A stretch of DNA of 35,542 nt. Origin: a virus (Duplodnaviria; Caudoviricetes). Where the stretch lies: IMG/VR virus record IMGVR_UViG_3300033076_000558, positions 1 through 35,542 of that record. One strand, 5' to 3'. Under the pieces are notes generated by a model that saw only the letters and a program-made list of their open reading frames with translations, did no database searches and was not told the origin of the DNA. The position numbers and the translations under genes were made by a program. Shown piece after piece: positions 15,590 through 24,747 of this stretch; positions within the stretch are counted from its first letter, which is position 1; each line of letters starts with the position of its first letter.

Positions 15590-17829
15590 TGGAAGAAGGC
15601 AAGATCACAAGCGCGGAAGAGTTCAAGAACACGCCCATGGGCCTGGCCCGGCGTTGGGACACTGAAATCACCGCATCGCAAAAGGAGCTGGGCAAGTTCC
15701 ACCAGGACGCCAAGCGCATCGTGCACCGGTACCTGGACAAGCGCGAGGACTTTGGCCGAGACCAGTCCCGCGTGAACCTGTTTTGGTCGACGGTGCAGGT
15801 GCTGCTGTCGATGCTGTATGCCCGCCCGCCGCGTGCGGACGTTGCGCGCAGCTGGCAGGACTCTGACGACGACCAGGCGCGCGTGGCCGGCACGATTTTG
15901 CAGCGTTTGCTCAATCGATCGTTCGACGACAACGTCAGCAACTGGGACTCGAGCGTGCGCAACTCGATCGAGGACTGGCTGACTGTTGGCATGGGCCAGG
16001 GCTGGATGCGCTACGAGGTCAAGACCGAGCCGTACACCGTCGAGGCTGTGTTTGACGAGATGGGCAACGAGCTCAGCCCGGCCACTGAGGGCGAGCGCAT
16101 TGTCGAAGAGGACGCCCCGTGCGATTACGTGTTCTGGGGTGATTTTTTCTGGTCACCCGCACGCACCTGGGAAGAGGTTCGCTGGGTTGCCCGCCGCGTG
16201 TACATGACCAAGGACCAGCTGGTCGAGCGCTTTGGCAAGGAGATCGCGTCCACTATTCCTCTGTTCGGGCAAAAGCGCGACGGCGACACGCGCGACGACA
16301 ACCCACAGTACGACCCATGGAACAAGGCTGAAGTTTTTGAGATCTGGTGCAAGGAGTCGCGCAAGGTCTACTGGTTTGCCAAGGGCACGCCGACGATCCT
16401 GGACGTCAAGGACGATCCGCTGGGCTTGGACGGGTTCTTCCCGTGCGCCAAGCCGATGGCCGCCAACGTCACCACCAGCAACTTCATGCCGCGCGGTGAC
16501 TACATCTTTGCTCAGGACCAGTTCAACGAGCTCGACGAGATCAACACCCGCATCACCTGGCTGACGCGTGCGATGAAGATCGCAGGCGTGTACGACAAGA
16601 CGGCCGGCGATTCTGTTGGCCGCATGTTCTCGCAGGCCGCTGAAAACCAGCTGATCCCGGTGGACAACTGGGCGATGTTTGCCGAGGGCGGTGGCGTCAA
16701 GGGCAAGATCGACTTTGCGCCCATTGACCAGGTGGCCAACTGCATCGAGCGCCTGCGCCAGTACCGCCAGGACAAGGTCATGCAGATCTACGAGGTGCTT
16801 GGCATCTCTGACGTGATGCGCGGATCTTCCCGTGCATCGGAAACCGCAACAGCCCAGCAGATCAAAGCCCAGTTCGGCTCGACCCGCGTTCAGCTCAAGC
16901 AGTTCTACATCGCTGAGTGGATCACCGGGATGCTGCGCATCAAGGCCGAGATCATCTGCAAGCATTTCCAGCCTGAGACGATCATCAAGCGCAGCAACAT
17001 CGAGCGCACGCCCGATGCTCAGTTCGTGCCGGCGGCCATTGAGCTGCTCAAGAACGAGGAGATGAGCGAGTACCGGATCAGCGTGGAGGCTGATTCGATG
17101 GCCGCCCTGGACTGGGCTGCCGAGCGCGATGCCGCGGTGCAGTTCCTGCAGGGCATGGGCGCGTTCATCTCCCAAGTGGCACCAATGGCCCAGCAGACGC
17201 CTGGCGCCGCGCCCGTGCTGATGAAGCTGCTGCAGTGGGGCGTGGCCAAGTTCCGCGTGTCCACCGAGATCGAGTCCGTGCTCGACCAGGCGATCGCAGC
17301 GATGCAGCAGCAGCTCATGCAGCCACCCGCACCGCCGCAGCCCACGATTGATCAGCAGATCGAAATGCAGAAGATCGAGGCCGACAAGCAGATCGCCATG
17401 CTCGAGTCGCAGACCGACAAAGAGGTGGCCGCACTCAAGGCGACGCTGGAGCTGCAGAAGGTCGAGATGCAGGCCAAGATGGATCAGATGACGCAGCACT
17501 TCGAGAACATCCGCGAGATGCTGCAGCTCAACCCTGACGCCGGCCGCAAGCTGGGCGACTTGCTGGACAACATCCACTCGATGACCAGCAGCGCCATGAA
17601 CACGCAGGTGCAGACCCAGCAGCAGCTGGCCCAGCTCATGGACGCCGTGAGCCGCAAGAAGCGCCGCGTGCCTGTGCGTGACCCGCAGACGGGCGACATC
17701 ATCGAAGTGCGCGAGGTTGACGAGCAGCCCGACATGCTGCCCGGCACTCAGGCCGCGCTCAGCGGTGGCGCTCCGCTGCCGCCGGCCGTGCAGCCGCAAA
17801 TCGCGCAACAACCTCAAATGCCGATGTAA
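15589..17829 (+). CDS. Portal protein with long Q-rich C-terminal coiled coil (P22-like barrel)
   Basis: TAATG coupling to terL; size, ETATAQQIK motif and Q/M-rich helical tail. Confidence 0.85.
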   Translation: MEEGKITSAEEFKNTPMGLARRWDTEITASQKELGKFHQDAKRIVHRYLDKREDFGRDQSRVNLFWSTVQVLLSMLYARPPRADVARSWQDSDDDQARVAGTILQRLLNRSFDDNVSNWDSSVRNSIEDWLTVGMGQGWMRYEVKTEPYTVEAVFDEMGNELSPATEGERIVEEDAPCDYVFWGDFFWSPARTWEEVRWVARRVYMTKDQLVERFGKEIASTIPLFGQKRDGDTRDDNPQYDPWNKAEVFEIWCKESRKVYWFAKGTPTILDVKDDPLGLDGFFPCAKPMAANVTTSNFMPRGDYIFAQDQFNELDEINTRITWLTRAMKIAGVYDKTAGDSVGRMFSQAAENQLIPVDNWAMFAEGGGVKGKIDFAPIDQVANCIERLRQYRQDKVMQIYEVLGISDVMRGSSRASETATAQQIKAQFGSTRVQLKQFYIAEWITGMLRIKAEIICKHFQPETIIKRSNIERTPDAQFVPAAIELLKNEEMSEYRISVEADSMAALDWAAERDAAVQFLQGMGAFISQVAPMAQQTPGAAPVLMKLLQWGVAKFRVSTEIESVLDQAIAAMQQQLMQPPAPPQPTIDQQIEMQKIEADKQIAMLESQTDKEVAALKATLELQKVEMQAKMDQMTQHFENIREMLQLNPDAGRKLGDLLDNIHSMTSSAMNTQVQTQQQLAQLMDAVSRKKRRVPVRDPQTGDIIEVREVDEQPDMLPGTQAALSGGAPLPPAVQPQIAQQPQMPM

Positions 17830-17842
17830 CTAGGAGAAAAAC

Positions 17843-18226
17843 ATGGCAGTGATCTATTCCACAGCAGCCAAGAACGCCCGACTGCAGGGCGTGATTGACA
17901 CCATCGACGCAGGCTCCGGGCCTGGCGTTTTGCAAATTGGCACCACCGGCATGGGCACCGTGCTGGCCAGCATCGTGCTGGCCGACCCGTGCGGCACCGT
18001 CTCCGGTGGCGTGCTGACGTTCTCGGGCTTTCCTCGCTCGGACACCAGCGCCGACGCTGACGGCACGGCCGCGGCTGCTCGCATTCGCGACAGTGACGGC
18101 AACGACGTGATCACCGGCCTGACTGTTGGCGTTGTTGGCTCTGGAGCGGACATCCTGTTCGAGTCTGTGAGCTTCAACGTGGGCGAGGTCATCACGCTCA
18201 ACAGCGCAACCATCACCGCCAACTAA
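17843..18226 (+). CDS. Virion structural protein, beta-rich
   Basis: AGGAG RBS; G/T/A/V-rich; GTAAAARIRDSDG motif. Confidence 0.7.
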   Translation: MAVIYSTAAKNARLQGVIDTIDAGSGPGVLQIGTTGMGTVLASIVLADPCGTVSGGVLTFSGFPRSDTSADADGTAAAARIRDSDGNDVITGLTVGVVGSGADILFESVSFNVGEVITLNSATITAN

Positions 18227-18235
18227 GGGGCAGAC

Positions 18236-19087
18236 GTGGCTCTGTGGGGCACCGGCGTATGGGGGACGGCCAAGTGGACTGAGCAAGTCGGTGCCATGGC
18301 CGCGACCGAGACTGGCGTCGATGTTTTCTCGGGCGAGGGTGATGTCGTTGTCGCCGGCACGATGGCCGCGACAGAGTCGACGGTCGACACGTTTGCGGCC
18401 GTTGGTGTTGTCACGATCGTGGGCCAGATGGCCGCAGTCGAGACAGGCGTCGACACATTCGCGGCCGAGGGTGACGTTCAGATCGTTGGCGACATGTCAG
18501 CGATCGAGAGCGGCACCGACACGTTCTCCGCGGACGGTGACGTCAACCTCAACGGCGTCATGTCTGCCGTCGAGACGGGCGTCGATGTCTTCAGCGCAGA
18601 CGGCGATGTGGTCATTGGCGGCACGATGGCCGCTGTCGAGACGGGCGAGGACGTGTTCGCCGCCACGGGCAAGATCGAGCCGGCCATTCAGCCTGTCATC
18701 GCTGACATTGGCGACGAGAGGCAACGCAAGAAGGCGCAGAAAAAGCGTGACGAGGCGTTTGAGCGCGAGCGCCAGGAACAAGACAAGCTGCGCCAGCAGA
18801 TCAAGCAGGCCATCGACCCGGTGGTCGAGAAGGCCGCGCCTGTTGTCGTGTCCAAGGGCACGAAGTCTGTGCAGGTGCTGTCCCTTGATGGCTCGCGCAT
18901 CGGCATCAATGTGCCGCCGGCGTTTGACGCTGCCGAGGTGGCCAGGTTGGTGGCCGATGTGCTCGAGGAGGCGCGCGTGCAGTCGCGCCTGGTGGCACAG
19001 CGCCAAGAGGCAGAGCGCGCTCGGCAAGAGCTGGCTCGGATAATTAAACGCAGGCGGGGCGATGAGCTCCTGCTATTACTTGACTAA
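18236..19087 (+). CDS. Repeat-containing probable virion protein
   Basis: GTG start after AAGGGG; six 22-aa repeats then a charged helical C-terminus. Confidence 0.75.
   Translation: MALWGTGVWGTAKWTEQVGAMAATETGVDVFSGEGDVVVAGTMAATESTVDTFAAVGVVTIVGQMAAVETGVDTFAAEGDVQIVGDMSAIESGTDTFSADGDVNLNGVMSAVETGVDVFSADGDVVIGGTMAAVETGEDVFAATGKIEPAIQPVIADIGDERQRKKAQKKRDEAFERERQEQDKLRQQIKQAIDPVVEKAAPVVVSKGTKSVQVLSLDGSRIGINVPPAFDAAEVARLVADVLEEARVQSRLVAQRQEAERARQELARIIKRRRGDELLLLLD
18287..18682 (+). repeat. Six tandem 66-bp (22-aa) coding repeats
   Basis: Consensus xGxMAAVETGxDxFxAxGDVxI. Confidence 0.85.
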
Positions 19088-19095
19088 GGTTCCAA

Positions 19096-19392
19096 ATGGC
19101 AATCATCAACCCGTACCAGTTTGAGCATTACTTGGTCGGCGAAAACGCGACCAACGAGCCGATCCCCGGAAGCGCTGGAGGCAGTTACATGCACCGGCTG
19201 GTCGTGACGGTTACCGACAACACGCACGGCGATGTTGTTCTCTCGCATGACGATCACAGCCACACCATCGTGCCAGCAAACGCGGGCAAGGGTGTGTACA
19301 GCGTCGAGCTGAATATCTCATCGGCATCGACAGGTTTTTCTATCAGCACCGGCTCTGCATCGCAGGTCATTGCTGTTGGAATTTTTGGTTGA
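19096..19392 (+). CDS. Small beta-rich hypothetical protein
   Basis: AAGG RBS; fills the gap in the late operon. Confidence 0.75.
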   Translation: MAIINPYQFEHYLVGENATNEPIPGSAGGSYMHRLVVTVTDNTHGDVVLSHDDHSHTIVPANAGKGVYSVELNISSASTGFSISTGSASQVIAVGIFG

Positions 19393-19399
19393 GGTTCAC

Positions 19400-19765
19400 A
19401 TGAACAAGGCAGAACAATTTGTGAGCATGGCCCTGCTGGGCCGCGACCTTGCGCAGATTGCGCACTGGAAGACCAAGAAGTACGCGGAGCACAAGACGCT
19501 CAACGATTTCTACGACCAGCTGCTCGAGCTGATCGACGGTTTTGTTGAGCAGTACCAAGGCTCCTACAACAAGCGCATGGACATCGAGCGTAACAGCGAC
19601 ACCTCGCGCCAGTCCAGCATCCGCAAGGAGCTCGAGTACCAGGCCGAGTGGATCGAGATGTACCGCTACCAGATCTGCGAGAAGGAAGAAACAGCGCTGC
19701 AGAACACGATCGACGAAGTTCTGCGCCTGTACCAGTCCACCGCGTATCTGTTGTCCTTGGAGTGA
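19400..19765 (+). CDS. Ferritin/Dps-like four-helix protein (DUF5856-like)
   Basis: GAGG RBS; HW.T..YAEH..L..FYD.L..LID.FVE.YQG motif. Confidence 0.75.
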   Translation: MNKAEQFVSMALLGRDLAQIAHWKTKKYAEHKTLNDFYDQLLELIDGFVEQYQGSYNKRMDIERNSDTSRQSSIRKELEYQAEWIEMYRYQICEKEETALQNTIDEVLRLYQSTAYLLSLE

Positions 19766-19770
19766 CGATA

Positions 19771-22119
19771 ATGGATTACCAGACCCTCATCAACGCGCTG
19801 CGTGACCGTGCAAAAAAATTCACCTCCCTGGACACTCCGCAGGATCAAGACCTGGCAGACATCGCGCTGGACATCGGCGCGGGGTTTGTTCCTGTCGTTG
19901 GCACCGCGCAAGCTGGCCGCGACTTTGAGCGTGCACGCCGTGAAGGTGACGCCTTGGGCATGGGTCTGTCGACACTGGGCATGGTGCCTGTTGTCGGTGG
20001 CGTGACCAAAGGCATCAGCAAACTGCGCAAGGGTGCGAAGGCTGCAGACGCGGCAGCAGATGCAGCGCCTGCTTTGCGCGAGGTCATCGAGGCCGCGGTG
20101 GCCCAGGCTGATGAAGTGCCCGAGGCTTTGGCTGGATTTGGCAAGAAGAAAGCCAAAGAGGTTGCGCGCCAGAAGGAAATCCAAAAGGCCGTGGCGGCCG
20201 CAGGCGACGCGGCAGCAGACCACGCGGACGACGCCAAGAAGGTGGGCGGCCAGCGCAAGAGCGGCGCCATCCCTGCGGACTTCTACCGCACCATGGAAAA
20301 GCAGCAAGGCGCCGCGGAGGTTCTGCGCGCAGCTAAGAAGGGCGAGCACATCCACCGCCGCGCTGACGGCTCGATCATCGGCGCGCCTCGCCACATCACC
20401 AGCGGCTCAGGCCTTGGGGCCATGCGCAAGAGCCTGGACACGCAGTTCGACGAGGGCGTGAATGCGCTCGAGTTCGCAGACCCGGAGCGGGTTGGCAACT
20501 GGTACGAGCGCGCCAAGGCAGGCCAAGCTGCGTCCACCGAGCCACATCAGCTCGACCGCGCGCTGGACGCCACGGCCGTGTATTCGGCTGGCGTCTCTCC
20601 TGAGTCTGAGCTGGCCTTTGCGCTCAAGCACATGAACACCCGCGCCCTGGGCGCGCCTGAGATGGCCTACCGCGGCGCAGGCATGCGCACGCTGGACAAG
20701 GCGATCGCACAAGACAAGTCGCCCAAGCTGGCCGCCAAGATTGGCGAGTACCGCGTCAAGAACGACCCACGCGTGCCCGTTGAAGGTTCGTTCGGTGTCA
20801 ACGACTTCCGCGCCGCGCAGGGATTTGGCTACACCGACGCACAAGGTAAGCCATGGAAGGCCGGCGTGTCGCAGCAGATGCATCCGTTCATGGACGCAGA
20901 GACCGCGCTCATGGTCGACCGCGCCAACGCACGTGCTGCAGGAGGCAAGACCGACTGGACCGGCCCACACCTGCAAGAAGTGCCGTGGATCTACGGCAAG
21001 GCGCAAGACCTGTACGAGCGCGGCAAGAAGGCCACCTACAGCGGCGGCACTGAGGGCGTCGTCAAGGCGCTGCGGGACGCCAACAAGACCACCGCGGACT
21101 TCTTCCCCAAGCACACCTTCAGCTCGACCTACGAGTACGTGCCCGGCGCCAACACTGGCCACATCCCCGAGCTGCTCAACGCAAGCGACGAGGCCAAGCA
21201 GGCCTACGGCAACGTGGGCCGATGGGACATCGACAAGGCCGGCGAGGCCGCGCTGTACGACATGCCTGACGCCGTGGGCGCTGGCCGTCGTGACGCCATC
21301 AGCTCTGCCATGGGCCTGCGCCAGCTGCCTAGCGAGCAGGGCGGTGGCGTCTACACCAACACGGCCGGCATCACCGAGAACAACCCGGTGACGATTTCTC
21401 GCACCCTTGCGAACTTCCCCACGGGCGACAGCGCAACGCTGCACCCCAACTTCCGCGCGGCCATGGAGGCCGGCGAGCGTTTCCGCGCAGCCAACGACGT
21501 CCAGGAAGCTGGCGCCGGCCACATCCTGTTCACCGGCGGCAACCGCAAGGGCAAGGACGCACTGCTGGTGGAGATGCCGCGCCAGGCCTCTCAGTCCGAG
21601 ATGGCGGCCATCCAGAGCGCACTGCGCGGTACCGACTTTTCGCCGAGCGCAAGCGCGCGCGGCGTGACGATCGCCAACTACGGCGACGATGCCGACGCCA
21701 AGGTCGCAGCACTGCGCCAGCTGACCGGCAAGAACAGCGCACTGCTCAAGGCCTTGCCTGAGGGCGCAAGCCTGCAAAAGGCCGGCGTGGAGTCTGTATA
21801 TACACCGCTCGAGTACGGCCAGGGCAAAGCCACGCAGGCTGTGCTCGAGGGCTTTGCCGGCCTGCCAGAAGGCGTGTCGCAGGCTGTCACGCAGAACATC
21901 AGCGAGTCCGAGGACGTGCGCCGCATCATCAAGGACAAGATGACCCGCGATTCTCAGTTCGGATCTGCTCGCAAAGATGTGGAGCTGATGCGCAAGTTCT
22001 TCAGCGAAGCCGACTGGGCCAAGGCTGTCGAGCTGATGCGCAAAGGCATGACGCCCGCGGCCGCTGTGGCCGCACTTGGTTACTCACTCAACGCAATGGC
22101 CGCAGAGGATCAACGATGA
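19771..22119 (+). CDS. 782-aa protein: pre-toxin-TG-like N-terminus plus HhH-glycosylase-like domain
   Basis: GGAG before ATG 19771; paired FVPVVG...MVPVVGG motif; WY...A.YS..SP...K...D...Q..W pattern. Confidence 0.6.
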   Translation: MDYQTLINALRDRAKKFTSLDTPQDQDLADIALDIGAGFVPVVGTAQAGRDFERARREGDALGMGLSTLGMVPVVGGVTKGISKLRKGAKAADAAADAAPALREVIEAAVAQADEVPEALAGFGKKKAKEVARQKEIQKAVAAAGDAAADHADDAKKVGGQRKSGAIPADFYRTMEKQQGAAEVLRAAKKGEHIHRRADGSIIGAPRHITSGSGLGAMRKSLDTQFDEGVNALEFADPERVGNWYERAKAGQAASTEPHQLDRALDATAVYSAGVSPESELAFALKHMNTRALGAPEMAYRGAGMRTLDKAIAQDKSPKLAAKIGEYRVKNDPRVPVEGSFGVNDFRAAQGFGYTDAQGKPWKAGVSQQMHPFMDAETALMVDRANARAAGGKTDWTGPHLQEVPWIYGKAQDLYERGKKATYSGGTEGVVKALRDANKTTADFFPKHTFSSTYEYVPGANTGHIPELLNASDEAKQAYGNVGRWDIDKAGEAALYDMPDAVGAGRRDAISSAMGLRQLPSEQGGGVYTNTAGITENNPVTISRTLANFPTGDSATLHPNFRAAMEAGERFRAANDVQEAGAGHILFTGGNRKGKDALLVEMPRQASQSEMAAIQSALRGTDFSPSASARGVTIANYGDDADAKVAALRQLTGKNSALLKALPEGASLQKAGVESVYTPLEYGQGKATQAVLEGFAGLPEGVSQAVTQNISESEDVRRIIKDKMTRDSQFGSARKDVELMRKFFSEADWAKAVELMRKGMTPAAAVAALGYSLNAMAAEDQR

Positions 22120-22439
22120 CACGACGCCGATTTGTTCAGATGAAGGAGCCGCCCTACGAGCTCATCGAGGTGACGGACGATTACAGCGCCCCAGCACGCG
22201 CCGACTCGGCGCTGTGGGGCGACCGAAGCTACGAGGGCATGGTGGCCCCCGATGGCACCGACATCAGCAGTCGCACAAAGCATCGCGAGTACATGAAGGC
22301 CAAGGGCCTGACCACGATGGACGACTTCAAAGATTCTTGGGCGAAAGCCAAAGAAAGCCGCGAGCGGTACATGACCGAAGGCGGTTCCTTCAAGCGCGCC
22401 GACATAGAGCGCGCGATTCATCATCTACAAAACAGGTAA
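22116..22439 (+). CDS. Phage hypothetical protein preceding scaffold
   Basis: GAGG RBS, ATGA overlap; DGTDISSRTKHREYMK motif. Confidence 0.8.
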   Translation: MTRRRFVQMKEPPYELIEVTDDYSAPARADSALWGDRSYEGMVAPDGTDISSRTKHREYMKAKGLTTMDDFKDSWAKAKESRERYMTEGGSFKRADIERAIHHLQNR

Positions 22440-22443
22440 CACC

Positions 22444-23559
22444 ATGAGCGAACCCACGACATCCATGCGCGAAGCCCTCGAGGCCGCGTTCAAAGACGCA
22501 GACCAACCCCTGCCAACAGAACCCGCACCTTCCAATCAACAGATCGAGGACGCGATCGAAGTCCCAGCCGAGGCCACTGCGTCAGATGACGCGCAAGACC
22601 TTACCGAACTGGCGCAAGAAGAGGCCAAAGTCGAAAACGAGGATGTTCAACAACAGCCGCGCGACGACCAAGGAAAATTTGCAGCCAAAGACGAGGGTGT
22701 GCAGCCTGGCCCGAAGTCTGGCCCGAAGACCGGCGAGCGCGCGCCCGCGTCCTGGAAACCTGACGTGCGCGAGCACTGGAACACCCTGCCCGAGGGCGTT
22801 CGCTCCGAGATCTACCGCCGCGAAGCTGAAGTGCAGCGCACCCTGCAGGAGTCCGCAGAGGCCCGCAAGAACTACGACGCGGTAATGCGCACGATTGCCC
22901 CGTACGAGGCATTCATCAAGGCCGAAGGCTCGAATCCAATCCAGGCCATCGACAACCTGATGAGCACGGCAGCGCGCCTGCGCACAGGCACCGCGCCCGA
23001 GCTGGCACAGGTCGTGGCCGGCATCGTCAACCAGTTCGGCATTGGCCGATTTGGCAACAACTTCATCGAGATGCTGGACTCCGCGCTCGCTGGCCAGGCC
23101 CCGCGCCAGACCCAGCAGTCAGAGATCGAGCAGGTGCTCAACCAGCGCCTGGCGCCGGTGCAGCAAATGCTGACCCAGTTCCAGCAGGCCCAAGCTCAGC
23201 AGCAACAGCGCGCCCAGCAACAGGTCGTCAACGAGGTCGAGCAGTTCATCTCCCAAGCCGAGTTCGGCAACGACGTGCGCGAGGACATGGCCGACATCCT
23301 GGAGGTGGCCCAGCGCCGTGGCATCAGCATGAGCTTGCAGGATGCTTACAAGAAGGCCGTGATGATGAACGACAACGTGCGCAGCGTTTTGTCGCAGCGC
23401 GCAAAAGCTCAGGCAGCCCAGACTCATACCCAGGCAGCCCAGCGCGCCCGATCGGCCGCTGTGAGCGTTTCTGGGGCCGCTCCTGTCGGTTCTATGCAAG
23501 CGCCGACCACGGACGTGCGCTCTGCCATCGAGGCGGCGATCGTTTCCACCTCGCGCTGA
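22444..23559 (+). CDS. Probable capsid scaffolding protein
   Basis: Acidic disordered N-terminus with RDDQGKFA, P.SWK, helical Q/A-rich body; directly upstream of the capsid gene. Confidence 0.75.
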   Translation: MSEPTTSMREALEAAFKDADQPLPTEPAPSNQQIEDAIEVPAEATASDDAQDLTELAQEEAKVENEDVQQQPRDDQGKFAAKDEGVQPGPKSGPKTGERAPASWKPDVREHWNTLPEGVRSEIYRREAEVQRTLQESAEARKNYDAVMRTIAPYEAFIKAEGSNPIQAIDNLMSTAARLRTGTAPELAQVVAGIVNQFGIGRFGNNFIEMLDSALAGQAPRQTQQSEIEQVLNQRLAPVQQMLTQFQQAQAQQQQRAQQQVVNEVEQFISQAEFGNDVREDMADILEVAQRRGISMSLQDAYKKAVMMNDNVRSVLSQRAKAQAAQTHTQAAQRARSAAVSVSGAAPVGSMQAPTTDVRSAIEAAIVSTSR

Positions 23560-23568
23560 TGCCATAAT
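23560..23568 (+). promoter_or_regulatory. Extended -10 promoter candidate for the capsid gene
   Basis: TGcCATAAT at the start of the intergenic gap; similar TGcGATAAT at 142-150. Confidence 0.45.
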
Positions 23569-23746
23569 CACACCATGTCGGGGAAACCCGACTGGTGTGC
23601 CAAAGCACCCCAGCCACCGCATAACTCCATAGGAGACGCCACGGCGTCCCACCTAAGGCAATAGTCGGACTGAGATCGGTTCGCGTAGGCGCATCTGAAA
23701 CCAAGGCGGGCACTTGCCCTTTTTGCACTCAGATGAGGAGTTAATC

Positions 23747-24718
23747 ATGAGCTTTCCAAACGTAAGCGACATCGTCGCAACGACCATTCAGTCGCGCACT
23801 CGCCAGATTGCCGACAACGTCACCAAAAACAACGCCCTGTTGTCTCGCCTGAATCAGCGCGGCAACGTCAAGACCATCTCCGGTGGTAACGTGATTTTTG
23901 AAGAACTGTCCTTTGCTGAAAACGCAAACGGCGGCTTCTACTCTGGTTACGACCTGCTGCCCGTGGCTGCTCAGGACGTCATCAGCGCTGCTGAATTCAA
24001 CATCAAGCAGTACGCTGTGCCCGTCGTGATGTCTGGCCTCGAGATGCTGCAAAACAGCGGCAAAGAAGCCTTCATCGACCTGCTCGAGTCGCGTCTGAAC
24101 GTGGCCGAAGCAACCATGGTGAACCAGCTGGCCCAGTCGATCTACTCCGACGGCACCGGCTCTGGCGGCAAAGAAGTGACCGGCCTGAACGCCGCTGTCC
24201 CCTCTGACCCGACCACCGGCACCTACGGCGGCATCGATCGCGCCACTTGGACCTTCTGGCGTTCCAAGCTGTACGACTTCAGCGCCCAGACCGTGACCCC
24301 CAGCTCGACCACCATCCAGGCTGGTCTGAACGCTTTGTGGGCTCAGCTGGTCCGCGGCACTGACCGTCCTGACCTGATCGTTCTGGACAACAACTACTGG
24401 TCTTACTACATGGGCAGCCTGCAAGCTCAGCAGCGCTTCACATCTCCTGAGACCGGCAACCTGGGCTTCCCCACACTGAAGTTCATGGACGCTGACGTTG
24501 TTCTGGACGGCGGTATTGGCGGCTACTGCCCTGCCAACACCGGCTTCATGCTGAACAGCAAGTACATCAAGTGGCGCCCCCACAAGGATCGCAACATGGT
24601 GCCGCTGTCGCCGAACCGTCGCTACGCCATCAACCAGGACGCTGAAGTTCAGATCCTGGCTTGGGCCGGCAACCTGACCAGCTCTGGCGCTCAGTTCCAG
24701 GGTCGTATCCAAAACTAA
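23747..24718 (+). CDS. Major capsid protein
   Basis: GAGGAG RBS, ATG 23747, 323 aa, strongly biased codons, TYGGIDR..W.FW motif, followed by a terminator. Confidence 0.9.
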   Translation: MSFPNVSDIVATTIQSRTRQIADNVTKNNALLSRLNQRGNVKTISGGNVIFEELSFAENANGGFYSGYDLLPVAAQDVISAAEFNIKQYAVPVVMSGLEMLQNSGKEAFIDLLESRLNVAEATMVNQLAQSIYSDGTGSGGKEVTGLNAAVPSDPTTGTYGGIDRATWTFWRSKLYDFSAQTVTPSSTTIQAGLNALWAQLVRGTDRPDLIVLDNNYWSYYMGSLQAQQRFTSPETGNLGFPTLKFMDADVVLDGGIGGYCPANTGFMLNSKYIKWRPHKDRNMVPLSPNRRYAINQDAEVQILAWAGNLTSSGAQFQGRIQN

Positions 24719-24747
24719 TTTGGTGGGCCTGTCGTGGGCTTCCCTTT

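Noticed and set aside
18287-18682. CRISPR-like periodic array (66-bp period)
   Set aside because: Repeats are degenerate at third codon positions and in frame; they are protein repeats without unique spacers
22116-22439. Immunity protein for the upstream toxin-like ORF
   Set aside because: Position fits, but the sequence resembles a routine pre-scaffold phage protein; no positive evidence for immunity
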